A DNA stretch of 64,000 nucleotides from Octopus vulgaris (lineage: Eukaryota): contig OX597818.1 of NCBI GenBank assembly GCA_951406725.2, positions 65,100,001 through 65,164,000 of the forward strand, read 5' to 3'. Positions 25,798 through 38,834 of the stretch are shown here, one piece after another. Both the position numbers and the translations under genes were made by a program. The notes under the pieces are model-generated. The model did no database searches, was not told the origin of the DNA, and was given only the letters and a program-made list of their open reading frames with translations. Within the stretch, counting starts at the first letter, position 1. Every line of letters begins with the position of its first letter.

Positions 25798-27809
25798 AAA
25801 TAGATACTTTATTAATTAATCATCACACGTAAAGAGAAGAAGTCATGTAAGCACTTCTGTTTGCATATGTGTACAGTCTGTCCCTGCTACGGCGCACCCA
25901 CGCCTTTGTGGGTATGTGTGTATGTTTGCTCATATGTATATGTGTATCAACGACTATATTTCTCTTGTATTTTGTGGCTCATTCTCCCTGTTGTAAAATA
26001 TTTACTTGGTGATGTTATTAGGGTCGATACTTATGATTCGATGGTGTATTAATGTTCTGCACGAAACAACAGTAGAAGAAAAATGATTCATATAATATTA
26101 AGAGGAACTGAAAGAAATAAAATAAGCATATGTTTGGCCTTTTGCGTAGAAGCAGAGATGAAAAAAAAACATGACTATTTCATTTATCGAGTGTATAATA
26201 TGAAACCGTTTTGTGTGCATAAAACGCAAAAATTAAATTAGAAAATAGCAATAAAATTTAAACCACAATTAGAGATATAATTAGGACGCGCAGAGAACGT
26301 CATGCATTGTTAAATGCAATAAATTGAAAGAAATAAAGAAGGGCTCGGAAGGAAGGAAGGAAAGCAAGAAAGGAGAAAAGATGAACGGATGGAAAGGAGT
26401 TAATAGAAAGTACACCTGATTTAAGACAGCTGTCCAAATTGAGCTTTAAGTCATAGAAGTATATATGCTGAACAAAAGTTGACTGCTCTGACAGCCGGAA
26501 TAGTTTGTGAGTATAAACAAATGGCTGGAACGAAAATAGAAACGAAACTAAAAACTACCGAAGCTAATTGTAAATGTTTGTTTCTTGAGATTGTATCGTT
26601 TACAACCAGTCTTATATCATCATAACGCTATCTGGTCACATTCCCGGTGAGAACAAAGTCACCATATTAACTTTATCATATTACATACATGTGACATTTG
26701 TGATATTCGTTAGTTTTGCCTGGGGTTACGTGTCCGACAAATCACTATTTTAAGCGGATCTTTGTGATTATCGCCACTGCATGTCGAAATCTGTAAAAAA
26801 ATTTGTTTTTATGTCTCATAGAGATGTAACATTTGACGCTGAATCCGAAATTGCTATTCATTTATTCTAGAAAGTTTTGTGAAAATGTTACAGGTTTTTC
26901 AAAGTTTGATAATTCTCAGAACTTTTAACCAATCGGAAAACAGCGCCTTCCCGCTCCTTCCATCATCTGTCACAGGAGCGAGAAAGCGGGAGCGGGTGGG
27001 GTGGGCGGAACACCCGCATGTCAAAACATTAAACCAGCTACAGTAAACAATGCAAAACATCAACAGATTTGCGAGCAAATTAAATAGTTAAAGGCTACGA
27101 GCAAACCAACCGGGGTTACTAGAAACAACAGTCAAAACATTGCTTAAATCAGACATTTATTAGTTTTAAAAATTCAAGAAAGCAGTTTGCAATACACTCT
27201 AGGATTTTATAAAATATATTATTTTTTTCATATCTCCTTCTCCACAGATAAGAGAGAACCATGGAACGGTGTATCTCACACCGTGGTTCGTTTCCGCGTT
27301 TTAATTATTCTCAGGTGTGAGTCCCATCTTTTGGGTTTAGTAATTCAATGCTATGGTTCACAGTTTAATGTCTGAAATCATAACCCATGATTTCTGCGAT
27401 ATGATTATAAGCTCGCTACAGGTCACTGAAGATAGGGATTTCTGGAAGAACTGAGTGTCGTATGCGGTCCCTGTTTACACTCCTTTTGTGCAGAGTTCTT
27501 CGCAATCAGCTATGGAACACGTGGTGCTTCTTTGCCTACTTGCAGAGGTTCACGGTGATGCGTAAATACCAAAATTGGCTAAAATACCAAAATTTTGCTA
27601 ATTTTAAAGGCAAATAACTTTTTTAATTATGAATTTACAGGGAAATGATTTTCTTTTTCATAATTAGTATATAGAACTTAAGCCATATACTAAATTTGAG
27701 AGCGATGGGGGGGGTCAATATTGTAGGTAGTGATGGTAATCACGAAGATCCTTTTTAGCTAACACGAAGCTGATTCGTATGAAAATGCTAACAATACATA
27801 TTTATTTAT

Positions 27810-28112
27810 ATTCTAGGTGCAAGGCCCGAAATTTTGGGAGAAGGGGGTCAGTGGATTACATCTGGCAAATGGTACTTAATTTATCGGACCCGAAAGGATG
27901 AAAGGCAAAGTCAACATCGAGGGAATTTGAACTCAGAACATAAAGACAGATGAAATACCTTATTTACATTATTTCCATTTGACGGATATTTGTCCTCATC
28001 TTGTTTATTGTTAACACAATGTATCGGCTGATATACCCTCCAGCCTTCATCAGGCCTCTTGGGGAAATTTCAAACCTGGGTTCTCATTAAAAGGTATATT
28101 TCGATGTTGTTG

Positions 28113-28148
<36 letters not shown>

Positions 28149-28525
28149 GTAGTAGTAGTAGTAGTAGTAGTGGTAGTGGTAGTAGTAGCCGTATGTCCAC
28201 GGGCATATGACGTAGTGATTAAGAGCGCGGGCTACTGACCCCAAAATTCCGAATTCGATTCCAGGCAGCGACCTTAATAATAATATTACTAATGATAACA
28301 TCATAAAATACCTTAAGAATGAGAACCCAGGTTCGAAATTTCCCCAAGATATCTGATGATGCCTGAAAGGGTGTATCAGACGATACATTGTGTTAAAAAC
28401 AAACAAGACGAGTGCAAATATCCGTCAAATGTAACTAATGTACATAATTCCTCATCTCTTAAATATAGAATTGAGATGAAATACCCCAAAGCATTTCTCG
28501 CGGCCTGCCAGCTCGCTGCTTAACC
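27810..28525 (-). mobile_element. SINE family B split by the hammerhead-element insertion
   Basis: The body (27810-27959) resumes as the head remnant (28474-28525). Confidence 0.8.
27960..28473 (+). mobile_element. Complete composite tRNA-head/hammerhead element with 5' inverted partial copy
   Basis: 12-bp TSD AGATGAAATACC (27948-27959, 28474-28485). Inverted module at 27960-28105, microsatellite, head at 28197-28275, (AAT)-like spacer, module at 28305-28473. Confidence 0.85.
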
Positions 28526-28958
28526 ATCAATAAATACTACGAATGCGACAAAGTGGATGAGTGATGAGTAAAACTAATCTCTTCACCGTTTCTTTCAATA
28601 CTAACAACACATGAAATGATACATACATGCATGCATACATACCGACATAAACATACATACATATACATATATACGTGCTATAAAAATATATATATATATA
28701 AGGACACAGAAATTTCATGTCAAATAGCCAGGTAGAATCGATGTTCTTTGGAGCACTAACTTTGCTCCTTTTCCTGGGACTGCCACATTATATTGGCAAC
28801 AAGCAATCACTTTATATATATATATATATATAATATATAAAAGGGCTTAGTAAAATAAATTACTTTGCCGCATACTGAACTCATTAGAAATAGCAGCTAA
28901 AAAACTTTTTAAAAAAACCATTTCTAATACTTAAAGAAAATCTCTCTCCTAGAAAAAA

Positions 28959-28996
28959 CTGTCCGATGAACGGCAACGGGAAACTCAGAGTAACAG
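28959..28996 (+). ncRNA. Minimal type-I hammerhead-like motif (family 4)
   Basis: CTGT CCGATGA ACG-GCAA-CGG GAAA CTC-A-GAG TA ACAG. Confidence 0.6.
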
Positions 28997-29098
28997 GTTT
29001 TGTTGAATTTTCTGCTGCTTTAAATAAAGCATGTTACTCTACCACTGGTATTTGAGTACTCTTTTTTCCACCTTGTTTCACATTTATGTGTTTACTCC

Positions 29099-29170
<72 letters not shown>

Positions 29171-29284
29171 TGTGTGTGTGTGTGTGTGTGTATACGTTAA
29201 TGATAATAATATGACAACAAGAGATTGAATGAGACCTCGATATTATGTAAAATAGAGGAATTTATCTATAAATATATGTGACCT

Positions 29285-29430
29285 TTAGTTGGTTGTCGTA
29301 ATAAAACTCAGTTTCAGATACAGGTTTCGTTTTTTTTTTTTTTGTCTCCATAACTGATGAGATGGCAGAGTAGACTTCAACCCCGGTATCCGAAAGTCTG
29401 AGTTTTATTATGACAACCAACTAATAGTCA
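29285..29430. repeat. Inverted repeat enclosing a hammerhead-like motif (family 5)
   Basis: TTAGTTGGTTGTCGTAATAAAACTCAG pairs with CTGAGTTTTATTATGACAACCAACTAA. CTGATGA..GAAA lies at about 29354-29396. Confidence 0.55.
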
Positions 29431-29446
29431 TATATTATACACACAC

Positions 29447-29519
<73 letters not shown>

Positions 29520-29629
29520 AATGTATATACGTATGTACCTATCTATTTGTTTATCTATCTTCTATCTGCATGTGGATGTGTGTAGGTTTGTGTGTATGTT
29601 TGTGTGTTTATTTTTTTTTTTGTAGCATG

Positions 29630-29990
29630 GATCTTCCTGTAGCCCATTGCTTTGTAACTGATCGATGCTCTCCCGCTTTGAATACGAGGGCATGTTCGAT
29701 ATGCAGTCGTTTCTCGAATGGAGCTAAGTGAAAGATTTGGTTGCGAGAATATGGAAAGCACAAGTTTATCTGGGCCGGACGTGTCACAATATTCGCAGAC
29801 TACGGGCAGGCATCGTGCAATTGCCGGATGGCATTCAGGTGATCAGAAAAATGTTTCTTGGAAGGCCGCCATGATGATGGGAATACGAGTTAGTCGATCA
29901 ATTTCATTCAACAGGTAAAAAGGACGACGAATGACGTAGTCAAGAAAGAATTGGAAGCGCATTGTGACAAGCGGTGTAAAACAGCTTCCG
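29630..29990 (+). mobile_element. RTE-clade LINE C-terminal fossil
   Basis: Frameshifted KFIWAGRV..RAIAGWHSGDQK..LGRPP, resembling the RTE W-A-G-H-V..R-P-x-G-R-P region. Confidence 0.6.
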
Positions 29991-30484
29991 ATAGTCTTTT
30001 CGACACACACACACAAACACACACACATTCGCATACACACTCACACATACACACGCTCTTACTCACTCACACGCATACACATATATGTATATGTATTCAT
30101 ACGTTGTACTGCTTTGCATAAACTTTGCTATCTCTATTCGGCAGACAGCGATTAGTTATGAAGATCAAACTTCGTAAACCTGTACGCAAACTTCTAATTC
30201 GGTTTGACATTTGGCAGCTTTGCCTATACCTAACTCAGAGAAATATCCTAACATCAGTAGACAACTTCATGTTAACTATCACATTTAATTGCGTGTATCT
30301 GTTAGTTGTCCCAATTGTAATAACGTTTGGATGTTTCGTTATTAACGCATCACTTTCGCACACGTTACTCCTAACTATTCTCAACATGATCTTCTAACTT
30401 GAAATATGAAAAACGAACGGAATTAAGCATAAATGGACAACACAGTAAGTACGTGTTCGATTATTCTTTTATTCCGGTATTCTT

Positions 30485-30722
30485 CTTCTTGCTTCAGGCA
30501 TTTGAGTGCGGTCATGCTGGAGCACCTCGTTTAGTTGACGAAATTGACTCCAGGATTTATTCTTTGTAAGTCTAGTACTTGTTTCATCTGGCTTTTTGCC
30601 GAACCGCTAGGTTACGGGGGCGTAATCACACCGACGTCGTTTGTGAAGTGATGGTGAGGGGACAAACGCAGTCACATAAAACACACTCACACACACACAG
30701 AAACACACGTACACAGATACAC

Positions 30723-30766
<44 letters not shown>

Positions 30767-30945
30767 CGAGCGTCTTTCTGTTTGACGAGCGTCTTTCTGT
30801 TTCCGTCTGCTAAACACATTCACAAATATTTGGTCGACACGAGGCTACAGTGGAAGACACTTGCACAAGTTGACACGCAGTGGAACTGAACTTAGGTCCA
30901 TGTGGTTGGGAAGCAAGCTTCTTATCACAGGGCCACTCCTGTGCC
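30485..30945 (-). mobile_element. SINE family A
   Basis: Reverse-complement family motifs. Small internal duplication GACGAGCGTCTTTCTGTTT. Confidence 0.85.
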
Positions 30946-31439
30946 TTGCTTAGAAACTATAAATATTATTTAGATCACATGCAGAAAACTCCTAAAATAT
31001 TTTATCTTTTATCTTTTAATTCTTTCAGCTATTAGAGTGCAGTCATGCTTGGACACCGCTTTGAATAATTTTTGTTGAAGGAATCGCTCCAGTACTTTGA
31101 TATTTTAAAGACCGGTACTCATACAGTCGGTCTCATTTGCCGAAACACTAATGCACTGGGACATAAACAAAGCAACACTGGTGGTCAAACGGAGGTGAGA
31201 GACAAATAAACGCAAAGTTAAACACACACACATACGCTAGTGTTTGGTATGTGTGTGTGTGAGGGTGTGTGTGTATATATGTATATTTAGAACGATGAGA
31301 ATGAGTGGTCAACACCACATTGACGAATAAAAATTCTTTATTTGTGTATTAAGACTACCATTGGTTTCATGTAAAGTCAGATGTGAAACAATTCTCAAGC
31401 CTATCATATGGACACATCACTGTTGGTACACAGGTTTGA

Positions 31440-31730
31440 TATCCCACGAGATGGATGATGATACCTTTTGTCTTTATACATATTGATGAATCCTGAGGTG
31501 ACCGATGAGTCAAATGTTCTTGCTTGGAAATTCCGTCCACATTTGGAACAGCTGTTCACAATGGAGAGTGCCTTCTTGGTTTTTGTCTGTCCGTTCTTTT
31601 CTTTATACTCTTCAGCACCCCTGGACTCAAAAGATGTCATTCCGTCTTTAATAATGGACCTCGCGCGTTCTTTATCTAGGAAATTTCTCTCCCATTTCTC
31701 GGTGCCAATGTCACATTGAAGTGAGCATTA
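31440..31730 (-). mobile_element. RTE-clade LINE 3' end with terminal Cys/His finger
   Basis: CDIGTEKWE..RSIIKDGMTSFESR..CSKCGRNFQAR/(frameshift)..LIGHLRIH. Confidence 0.8.
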
Positions 31731-31794
31731 ATGTATGCAAATGTGTTTGTGCGCGCGCGTGTGTGTATGTATGTATGAATACATGTATATATGG

Positions 31795-32160
31795 ACCACT
31801 GGTTATGGCAGCGGACTCGAGGTCGTAGGATTGCGGTTTTGATTTCCAGACCGGACGTTGTGAGTGTTTATGCGTTTATTGAGCGAAAAAAAAAATAAAG
31901 CTCCACGTGACACCGGCAGGGGCTGATGGCGGACCCTGCTGCATTCTTTCGCCACAACTTTCTCTCACTCTTTCTTCCTCGTTCTGTTCTACCTGTATTT
32001 CAATGGACCAGCCCTGTCTCGCTGAATCTCGCCGAGAACTATCTTGAGAGTACACTTGTCTGTGTAGTGCTCAGCCGTTGCACGTTAATTTCAAGAGCAG
32101 GCTGTTCTGTTGCTCGGATCAACTGGAAACCTCGTCGTTGTACCCGGCGGAGTGCCATCA
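31795..32160 (+). mobile_element. SINE family C (tRNA-Arg-like head)
   Basis: Diverged copy of 38835-39215. Confidence 0.85.
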
Positions 32161-32338
32161 TATATATGTGTGTGTATGTATGTGTGTGTATGCATATATA
32201 CGTATATACACACATCCACACACACACATCCACTCACACAGTTGAAAATGTAGTACTCGAATAAATAACAATAACATGCCAACATACTTGAATGTGAAAC
32301 TCTGAGTAACGGTCTAGTGATAATAACTGTATGTATGC

Positions 32339-32369
<31 letters not shown>

Positions 32370-32373
<4 letters not shown>

Positions 32374-32600
32374 CGCAGCAGTGGCTACATAGGCGCAGGA
32401 GTGGCTTCTATAAGCGCATGAGTGGCTATATAGGCACAGGAGTGGATGTGTGGTAAGTAGCTTGCTAACCAACCACATGGTTCCGGGTTCCGTCACACTG
32501 CATGGCACCTTGGGCAAGTGTCTTCTACTATAGCCTCGGGCCGACCAAAGCCTTGTGAGTGGATTTGGTAGACGGAAACTGAAAGAAGCCTGTCGTATAT
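32370..32600 (+). mobile_element. SINE family A 5' half with fourfold reiterated head
   Basis: Four tandem TAGGCGCAGGAGTGGC-like units precede the body. Confidence 0.85.
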
Positions 32601-32801
32601 ATGTGTATATATATATATATATGTGTGTGAAAGAAGGTTTGAAAATACAAAGGAGTTTTAGAGATGTTTATTGTAAACACCTTTAAAATTCCTTTGCATT
32701 TTCAATCCTTTTTTCATATATATTTTCACTCGTACGGTACCTTAAATCGTTATATATATATATATATATATAAATTTTGTTTATTTATACATATTTTCAT
32801 A

Positions 32802-32843
<42 letters not shown>

Positions 32844-33483
32844 TGCGTGTGTGTGTGTTTGTGTATGAATGTATACACAAACAAACAAATAAAATAAATA
32901 AATATATATATACATATACACACACTCGTACATACAATTATTATCACTAACCTGTTACTCAGTGTTTCACGTTCCCGTTCGTCGTGCAGTTGTTATTCCA
33001 GGACTATTTCTTTCGCCTCGTTTTGCACTTATGTGCTCACCCGTGGGCGTGTTGTGGGTACGTATACATACATATATATTTCTAAAAATTCATATGTGTT
33101 TATATGTCTGAATATGTGTATTTGTATACGTGTACATTGATGAATGAGAATTCACATTCGACATCCAATAAACGTCAGCCCGCGTCACAGTTCAGAAAGT
33201 ATTTCAAAGTATAAATTTAATCTATTCTCTCATTACCAGATTTGATTTGCATTTAACATATCCTCAACAAATTCTCTCAAGCACAAGTCCAATATTTGTG
33301 ACACATTGGGCCATGCCTGTCGGAATGTTATTGAGTAAAGCCGGAATATTACATTGACAACAGGTGTAACAGTGCACGGAGATAGGTGACGTTCCGCTTT
33401 CCATTTTTAGTCTGACTTCTGTAAAAACGTTATTCGGTTTATAAATATATTAGTATGGTTCAAAAGTAACCATGCTCATACAT

Positions 33484-33537
<54 letters not shown>

Positions 33538-33639
33538 GTACAAATACACACTCATATACACAAAATGCTACATAAAATTATATATATAAACATATACATA
33601 TATATATTATACGCATGTGTGCCTATATATATATATGTA

Positions 33640-33690
<51 letters not shown>

Positions 33691-33707
33691 GTGTATACAT
33701 ATATATA

Positions 33708-33752
<45 letters not shown>

Positions 33753-34399
33753 CACGCACATACAGAGAGAGAGAGAGAGTGAGAAAGAAGAAATATAGAT
33801 AGATATTGATTAAAAATGTCATACACTTTGATGCTGTTCTTTGTCTCTCTCTAAATTATATTTCCTCCATGAAAGCTCATTGCGTGCCTAGAATAATCAA
33901 TCGCCATTAGATTTCGTTTGAAGAATATCACCACACTTCAGTACAAATTATTTTATCGTAATATTCAGCATTGATTGTAGCATTATCCGTACTTTTGTAA
34001 TTTCAAATCGAGCACGACCACTAAAGTTGACTCGTACGTTAGGAAAGTCTTCCGCAACGTGAATTGCAATCTAGTAGAAAGAAAAATTGGAACCTAATAG
34101 ACGCAGAATATATGGTTCCGATAAAATATACTCGATTTTTGGAATTGCAATATTTTCGAAGAGATTGTCTCATTAAATTACTTCATAATACGGAAAAAAT
34201 ATCCGTTTATAATGTAGCGGGAAAGAATTTTAATATCTATTATCGAGTTTCTTGTCATTAGAAATTAGCAAAACGTACAGAAAAGTCAGACAGAAGCAAC
34301 TGAAGAGGCAAAAATGTTTAATTCGTAACGAGGTAGATATATTGTGCCGATGCAACTGATAAATTATGATATTTCATACAATAAACCTACCTTTGTTGT

Positions 34400-34700
34400 A
34401 TGGCGCTGGTGTGGCTGTGCTGTAAGAAGCTTGCTTCCTAACCACGGGGCTCCGTGTAGAGTCCTAAAGCGTGGTACCTCAGGAATGTGTCTTCTACTAT
34501 AACCACTGCCCTACCAAAGCCTTGAGAGTGGATTCGGTAGACGGAAACTGAAAGAAGCGCATTGTATATATATACATATAGATACCGATTGAATAATTAC
34601 AAGCCTTATAAGGAATAAACACGGGGGGATGATTTTTTTCGACTAAGAGGCGGTGCTTCATCATGGCCACAGTCAAAATGACAGTAAGGAGTAAAATAAG
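34400..34700 (+). mobile_element. SINE family A, internally deleted
   Basis: Head GGCGCTGGTGTGGCTGTG and tail GGCGGTGCTTCATCATGGCC. Confidence 0.8.
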
Positions 34701-35694
34701 CAAAATCATTACTTAAGCATATATAACTTTGATTGCCCGAAGAAATTTGTCCGAATTATGACTCTGCCTTCTTACTTTGATTCAACATAAAAGTTTGGAA
34801 AAAGATTTGAATGTCGTCTTATTTCGGATGAAGGTAGAATTTATAGAAGCAAATGCTAACACTGTGTAGCAAAGTAATGTTCAAGTGTGTCTCTGTCGAG
34901 AATTCTACCATTGAAATTATGGATTTTCATATTAGGACTTGGTGGTAAAATTTCACACCATTGCACAATAAAAGAGAGAACATGATATATTGTGGCCTGT
35001 GCAATGTAATTTGATTTCATAACGATTGAGTTAACTTAATATAAGTGTTGATTTCCTTTATGGCTTCATAACAGTAAAGGGCAAAAACTGTCGGTGAAAG
35101 TTTCAACGAGAAAATATATAACAACGACTGAGTGAGAATTGTCTGATTGTGAAATAAACTCAAGGAAACTTAAATTTTGAATGTCAGTAGAGAAAAAGTT
35201 TGGAATATGAAGGTAAATAATAAAACGCTGAATATGAACATTTATTAGAGCCGAGAAAAGAGTTTAGAGACACGATGTCAGTATCCGTGCAATTAGACAC
35301 AAATAGAGAAGTAATACATAAAAAAAAAATACAAATACAGATATTTACAGGCAGATTGTATCGTATTACCAGATAGTGAGGATAGATTTGTTTGGTACCA
35401 CGGTTATTTAAAAGTTTCTTTTTTCATATTGTAGTTACTTGTGGTCAACTGAAAGAATATACTCAACATTATTTATTATTCAAAAGCGTAGAATTGTTTT
35501 TATAGATAATTAACTGCAGAGAGCAATGATTGTTTCTTGAGTTAAAATCCATTCATTTCCCTTAATTCATTATTAACATCAATGGTTCCAAACCTTTTCA
35601 CAGTGGCTTCTAACAGTGGTTCCCGACTCTTTTGTGTAAATGAGTTTTCTTAGGGGCCTCTTTTAATATACCTGTCCTTATGTGTTCGTATGGA

Positions 35695-35715
35695 TGTATC
35701 TATCTATATATCTAT

Positions 35716-35795
<80 letters not shown>
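35695..35795. repeat. (TATC)n microsatellite
   Basis: Direct observation. Confidence 0.95.
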
Positions 35796-36080
35796 AGTGG
35801 TTCGAGTTTTGCACTCGCGATCTAGCGATCGTAATTTCAATTCCTAGATCGGTTGATGTGTTGTGTTTTTGTACAAACCATTTCATCTCGCGTTGCTCTG
35901 TCATCACTTCAACATCCGACGCATGCTACAGAGCGAACCTTTTCAGACAATGTCGATTTAATGGAGAGAATGAGCTAATGTGCAGCATAGACATTTGATC
36001 CCTCTAAACAAATCATTTCCGCAAGTCGTTCGGCGAAAGCTAAGCGCTGATAAGTCGTCTCCGACTGGAGAGTCCATCAT
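35795..36080 (+). mobile_element. Old tRNA-derived SINE, related to family C
   Basis: TAGTGGTT..CACTCGCGATC..GATCGTAATTTCAATTCC head and GTCGTCTCCGACTGGAG tail. Confidence 0.55.
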
Positions 36081-36699
36081 ATGCGTGTGTGTGCATTTAG
36101 ATGTATATGTATGTAAGTATGCACATTGTATATTTCAAAATAGTTTGTCATCGATCAGACGTCCCAAACAATGTTTTCAACATTTCCTATTTTTCACTCG
36201 ATGTATAATCCAGATCATCTTAATCCTGCGTCGCTTATCTCTTGAAGCACTATAGTATCCTTTAAAGGAGATATTTTGGCGCCATTTTGTTCCAAGTAAA
36301 ACAATGATCATGTTGCTACGTTTATACGATTTTTGTATATGTACTTGTCATGTATATCACTTATTTCTTGGAAAATCCCCAAATATTTCGTAACTACTTT
36401 GAATGTGTGAATACGCATAACTCGCACATGCTATCCATATCATAATTTTCTAGGAATGTTCTGGTGTATGCTAAGAATAGCAAGTATTGTCAAGGGAAAA
36501 AAACAAATTCCACGATCGACAATTGCATGAGAAATAGCATTTTTTCTTTTGCTTTCGTCACATTCCTTACTCATAAACACATTTGCAAAGAATTTAATCA
36601 TAATTATTCTATGAATAATAAGTCACAGTTTTTCAATTTGGAATTATTTCATCAAGTCATATTTTCTCAAGACGTAAGATATCATTTTATTACTTTCTT

Positions 36700-36970
36700 T
36701 TGCCTGTTTCAGTCATTTAACTGCGGCTTTGCTGGAGCACCGCCTTTAGTTGAACACATCGACCCCAGGATTTATTCTTTGTAAGCGTGATACATATTCT
36801 ATCAGTCACTTTTGCCGAACCGCTAGTTCACGGGGACATAAATGCAGAAAACATCAGTTGTTAAGCGATGGTGGGGGACAAACACAGACACACAAATACA
36901 TACATACATGTATTAACATATATGTAAATATACATACATACATACATATATATATTTATATGTGTGTGTA

Positions 36971-37017
<47 letters not shown>

Positions 37018-37180
37018 GACGGGCTTGTTTCCGTTTCTGTCTGCCAAATCCACTCACAAGGTCATTGGTCGGTCCGAGGCTATAGTAGAAGACACTTGCC
37101 CAAGGTGCTACGCAGTGGGACTGAACCCGGAACTGCGTGGTTAGGAAGCAAGCTACTTACCACAGAACACCTGCGCCTAT
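36700..37180 (-). mobile_element. SINE family A, full length
   Basis: Reverse-complement family motifs from tail to CCTGCGCCTA. Confidence 0.9.
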
Positions 37181-37454
37181 ATGCTAATATTTACTTACTC
37201 TCTGAGCCAGAGAAGACGGTTTTCCAGCGAATGCTTGAAAGAGATTTCCTGCACATTGTGCTCCAGCCAAATTCTTTTCTATATTGTGATCATCCCATGA
37301 CACACAAAAGCATTTACCACATATCCAAACTTCCTCATGGTTGGAAGATTCATGAAATCATTAAAAGCAGGTGATGTAAAAACGAAAGAATCACTATTAT
37401 GAAACAAACAAAAAATATAATAATCTGTAATCAATCACGTTTAATATTATTCCC

Positions 37455-37950
37455 GTAGGAGCAGGTGTGGCTGTGTGGCCAGATGCTTTCTTCCCAACCG
37501 CATGGTTCCGGGTTCAGTCCCACTGTGTAACATCTTGGGCAAATGTCTTCTACTCCAGACTTAGACCAACCAAAATCTCGAGAACAGATTTGGTAGAGGG
37601 AAACAGAAAGAAGCCCATCGTATATGTGCGTGTGTCTGTGTACGCGTTTCTTTGTGCGTGTAGTAGAGGGTGTGTGTATGTATGTGTGTTTATGTATATG
37701 TCCGTTTATTTGTGCGTGTGTGTGTGTGTGCGTGTGTGTATGTGTGTGTGTCTGCCTGTATCCCCCACCCTCAGCATGACAACTGGTGCTGGTCTGTTTA
37801 TGTACTATAACCTAGCGGTTTGACAAAACAGAATGATAAAATATGTACTCTGTTACAAATGAATAATTACTGGGGTCGATTTATGCGACTAAACATCCTT
37901 CAATGCGCTGCCCCAGCATGGCCGCTGTCTGAAGACTGATACAAGTAAAA
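37455..37950 (+). mobile_element. SINE family A, full length, diverged
   Basis: TAGGAGCAGGTGTGGCTGTGTGG..CCCCAGCATGGCCGC. Confidence 0.85.
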
Positions 37951-38044
37951 TATAAACAGTAATAGGTATCTGCGACTCGATAGCTTGATCCAATTCTAAT
38001 CAGACCATCAGGGCAAAAAACAAATCTTTTCCGTTGGAAAACTC

Positions 38045-38325
38045 CATTAATATATGAACACCAGAATTCCAGGCGATTCTTTTCCAATATTTTGCTCGAT
38101 CGACTGTTTTTGAATTTATAAAACACCCAGCATGGAACAAAGATAAAGGGCTCCCACTGTTCTTAAGAATTCTGAATAGGATAACTTTCGTTGCAATACC
38201 ATATTTTATTTGATAGTAATGAAATTCAATAATAATGAACGAAAAAATAAAGAAATTTGTTTATCCCAGAATTATGCAGATAAAGCAAATGAATGCTGAT
38301 ACCATTTTAAATGTTATTGAGAGAA
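38045..38325 (-). repeat. Segment of about 280 bp duplicated in inverted orientation at 42922-43200
   Basis: Long, nearly identical reverse-complement match read by eye. Confidence 0.9.
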
Positions 38326-38834
38326 ATTTGTTTCCGTTAACAAGCTTCCCGATCTTCCTGGCGAATGTTTATTTTAAATGATTGTCTTCGGAAGCGTTGT
38401 GCTTCATAATGTTATTTCCGTAATATATTGCTTTCCGCAATTTCAATGTTTCCTGCACGACGTTTTTCTCCTTTCCTTTTCTCTTGACACGATGTGACAA
38501 TAAAACTTCTGGACACGTTGAAGGAAGAACACTGAACAGGAAATAACCATGAAGACCTGAGTGAAGGTGCGCAACGTCATAAATATGATTAAGATGTGAT
38601 TAAGATAACATCAAAATATAAAACAAAACAGATATAAAAATAGAAATTCATTTAATCACAGGTGAGATTTCAGGAATAAAGAAGAGCGAAAGAGACGACA
38701 GCTGTGGTTGCGCATTGAGCATTTCATTTGGCAACGTGTAGTCTATCATAAGGTCAAATCAAGCTTTGCTGTAATTTGGGTTGATAGAAATCTTGCGGTT
38801 CGAGATTAGCTGTCAGAGTACTATTTTACTCCAT

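Noticed and set aside
28197-28275. Possible tRNA gene (CT-ACT-AA loop)
   Set aside because: The acceptor stem does not pair and it is always attached to the microsatellite spacer. The parent tRNA (Asn- or Ser-like) cannot be fixed by eye.
32370-32450. CRISPR-like short repeats
   Set aside because: There are no unique spacers, the unit is the SINE 5' end and the context is eukaryotic.
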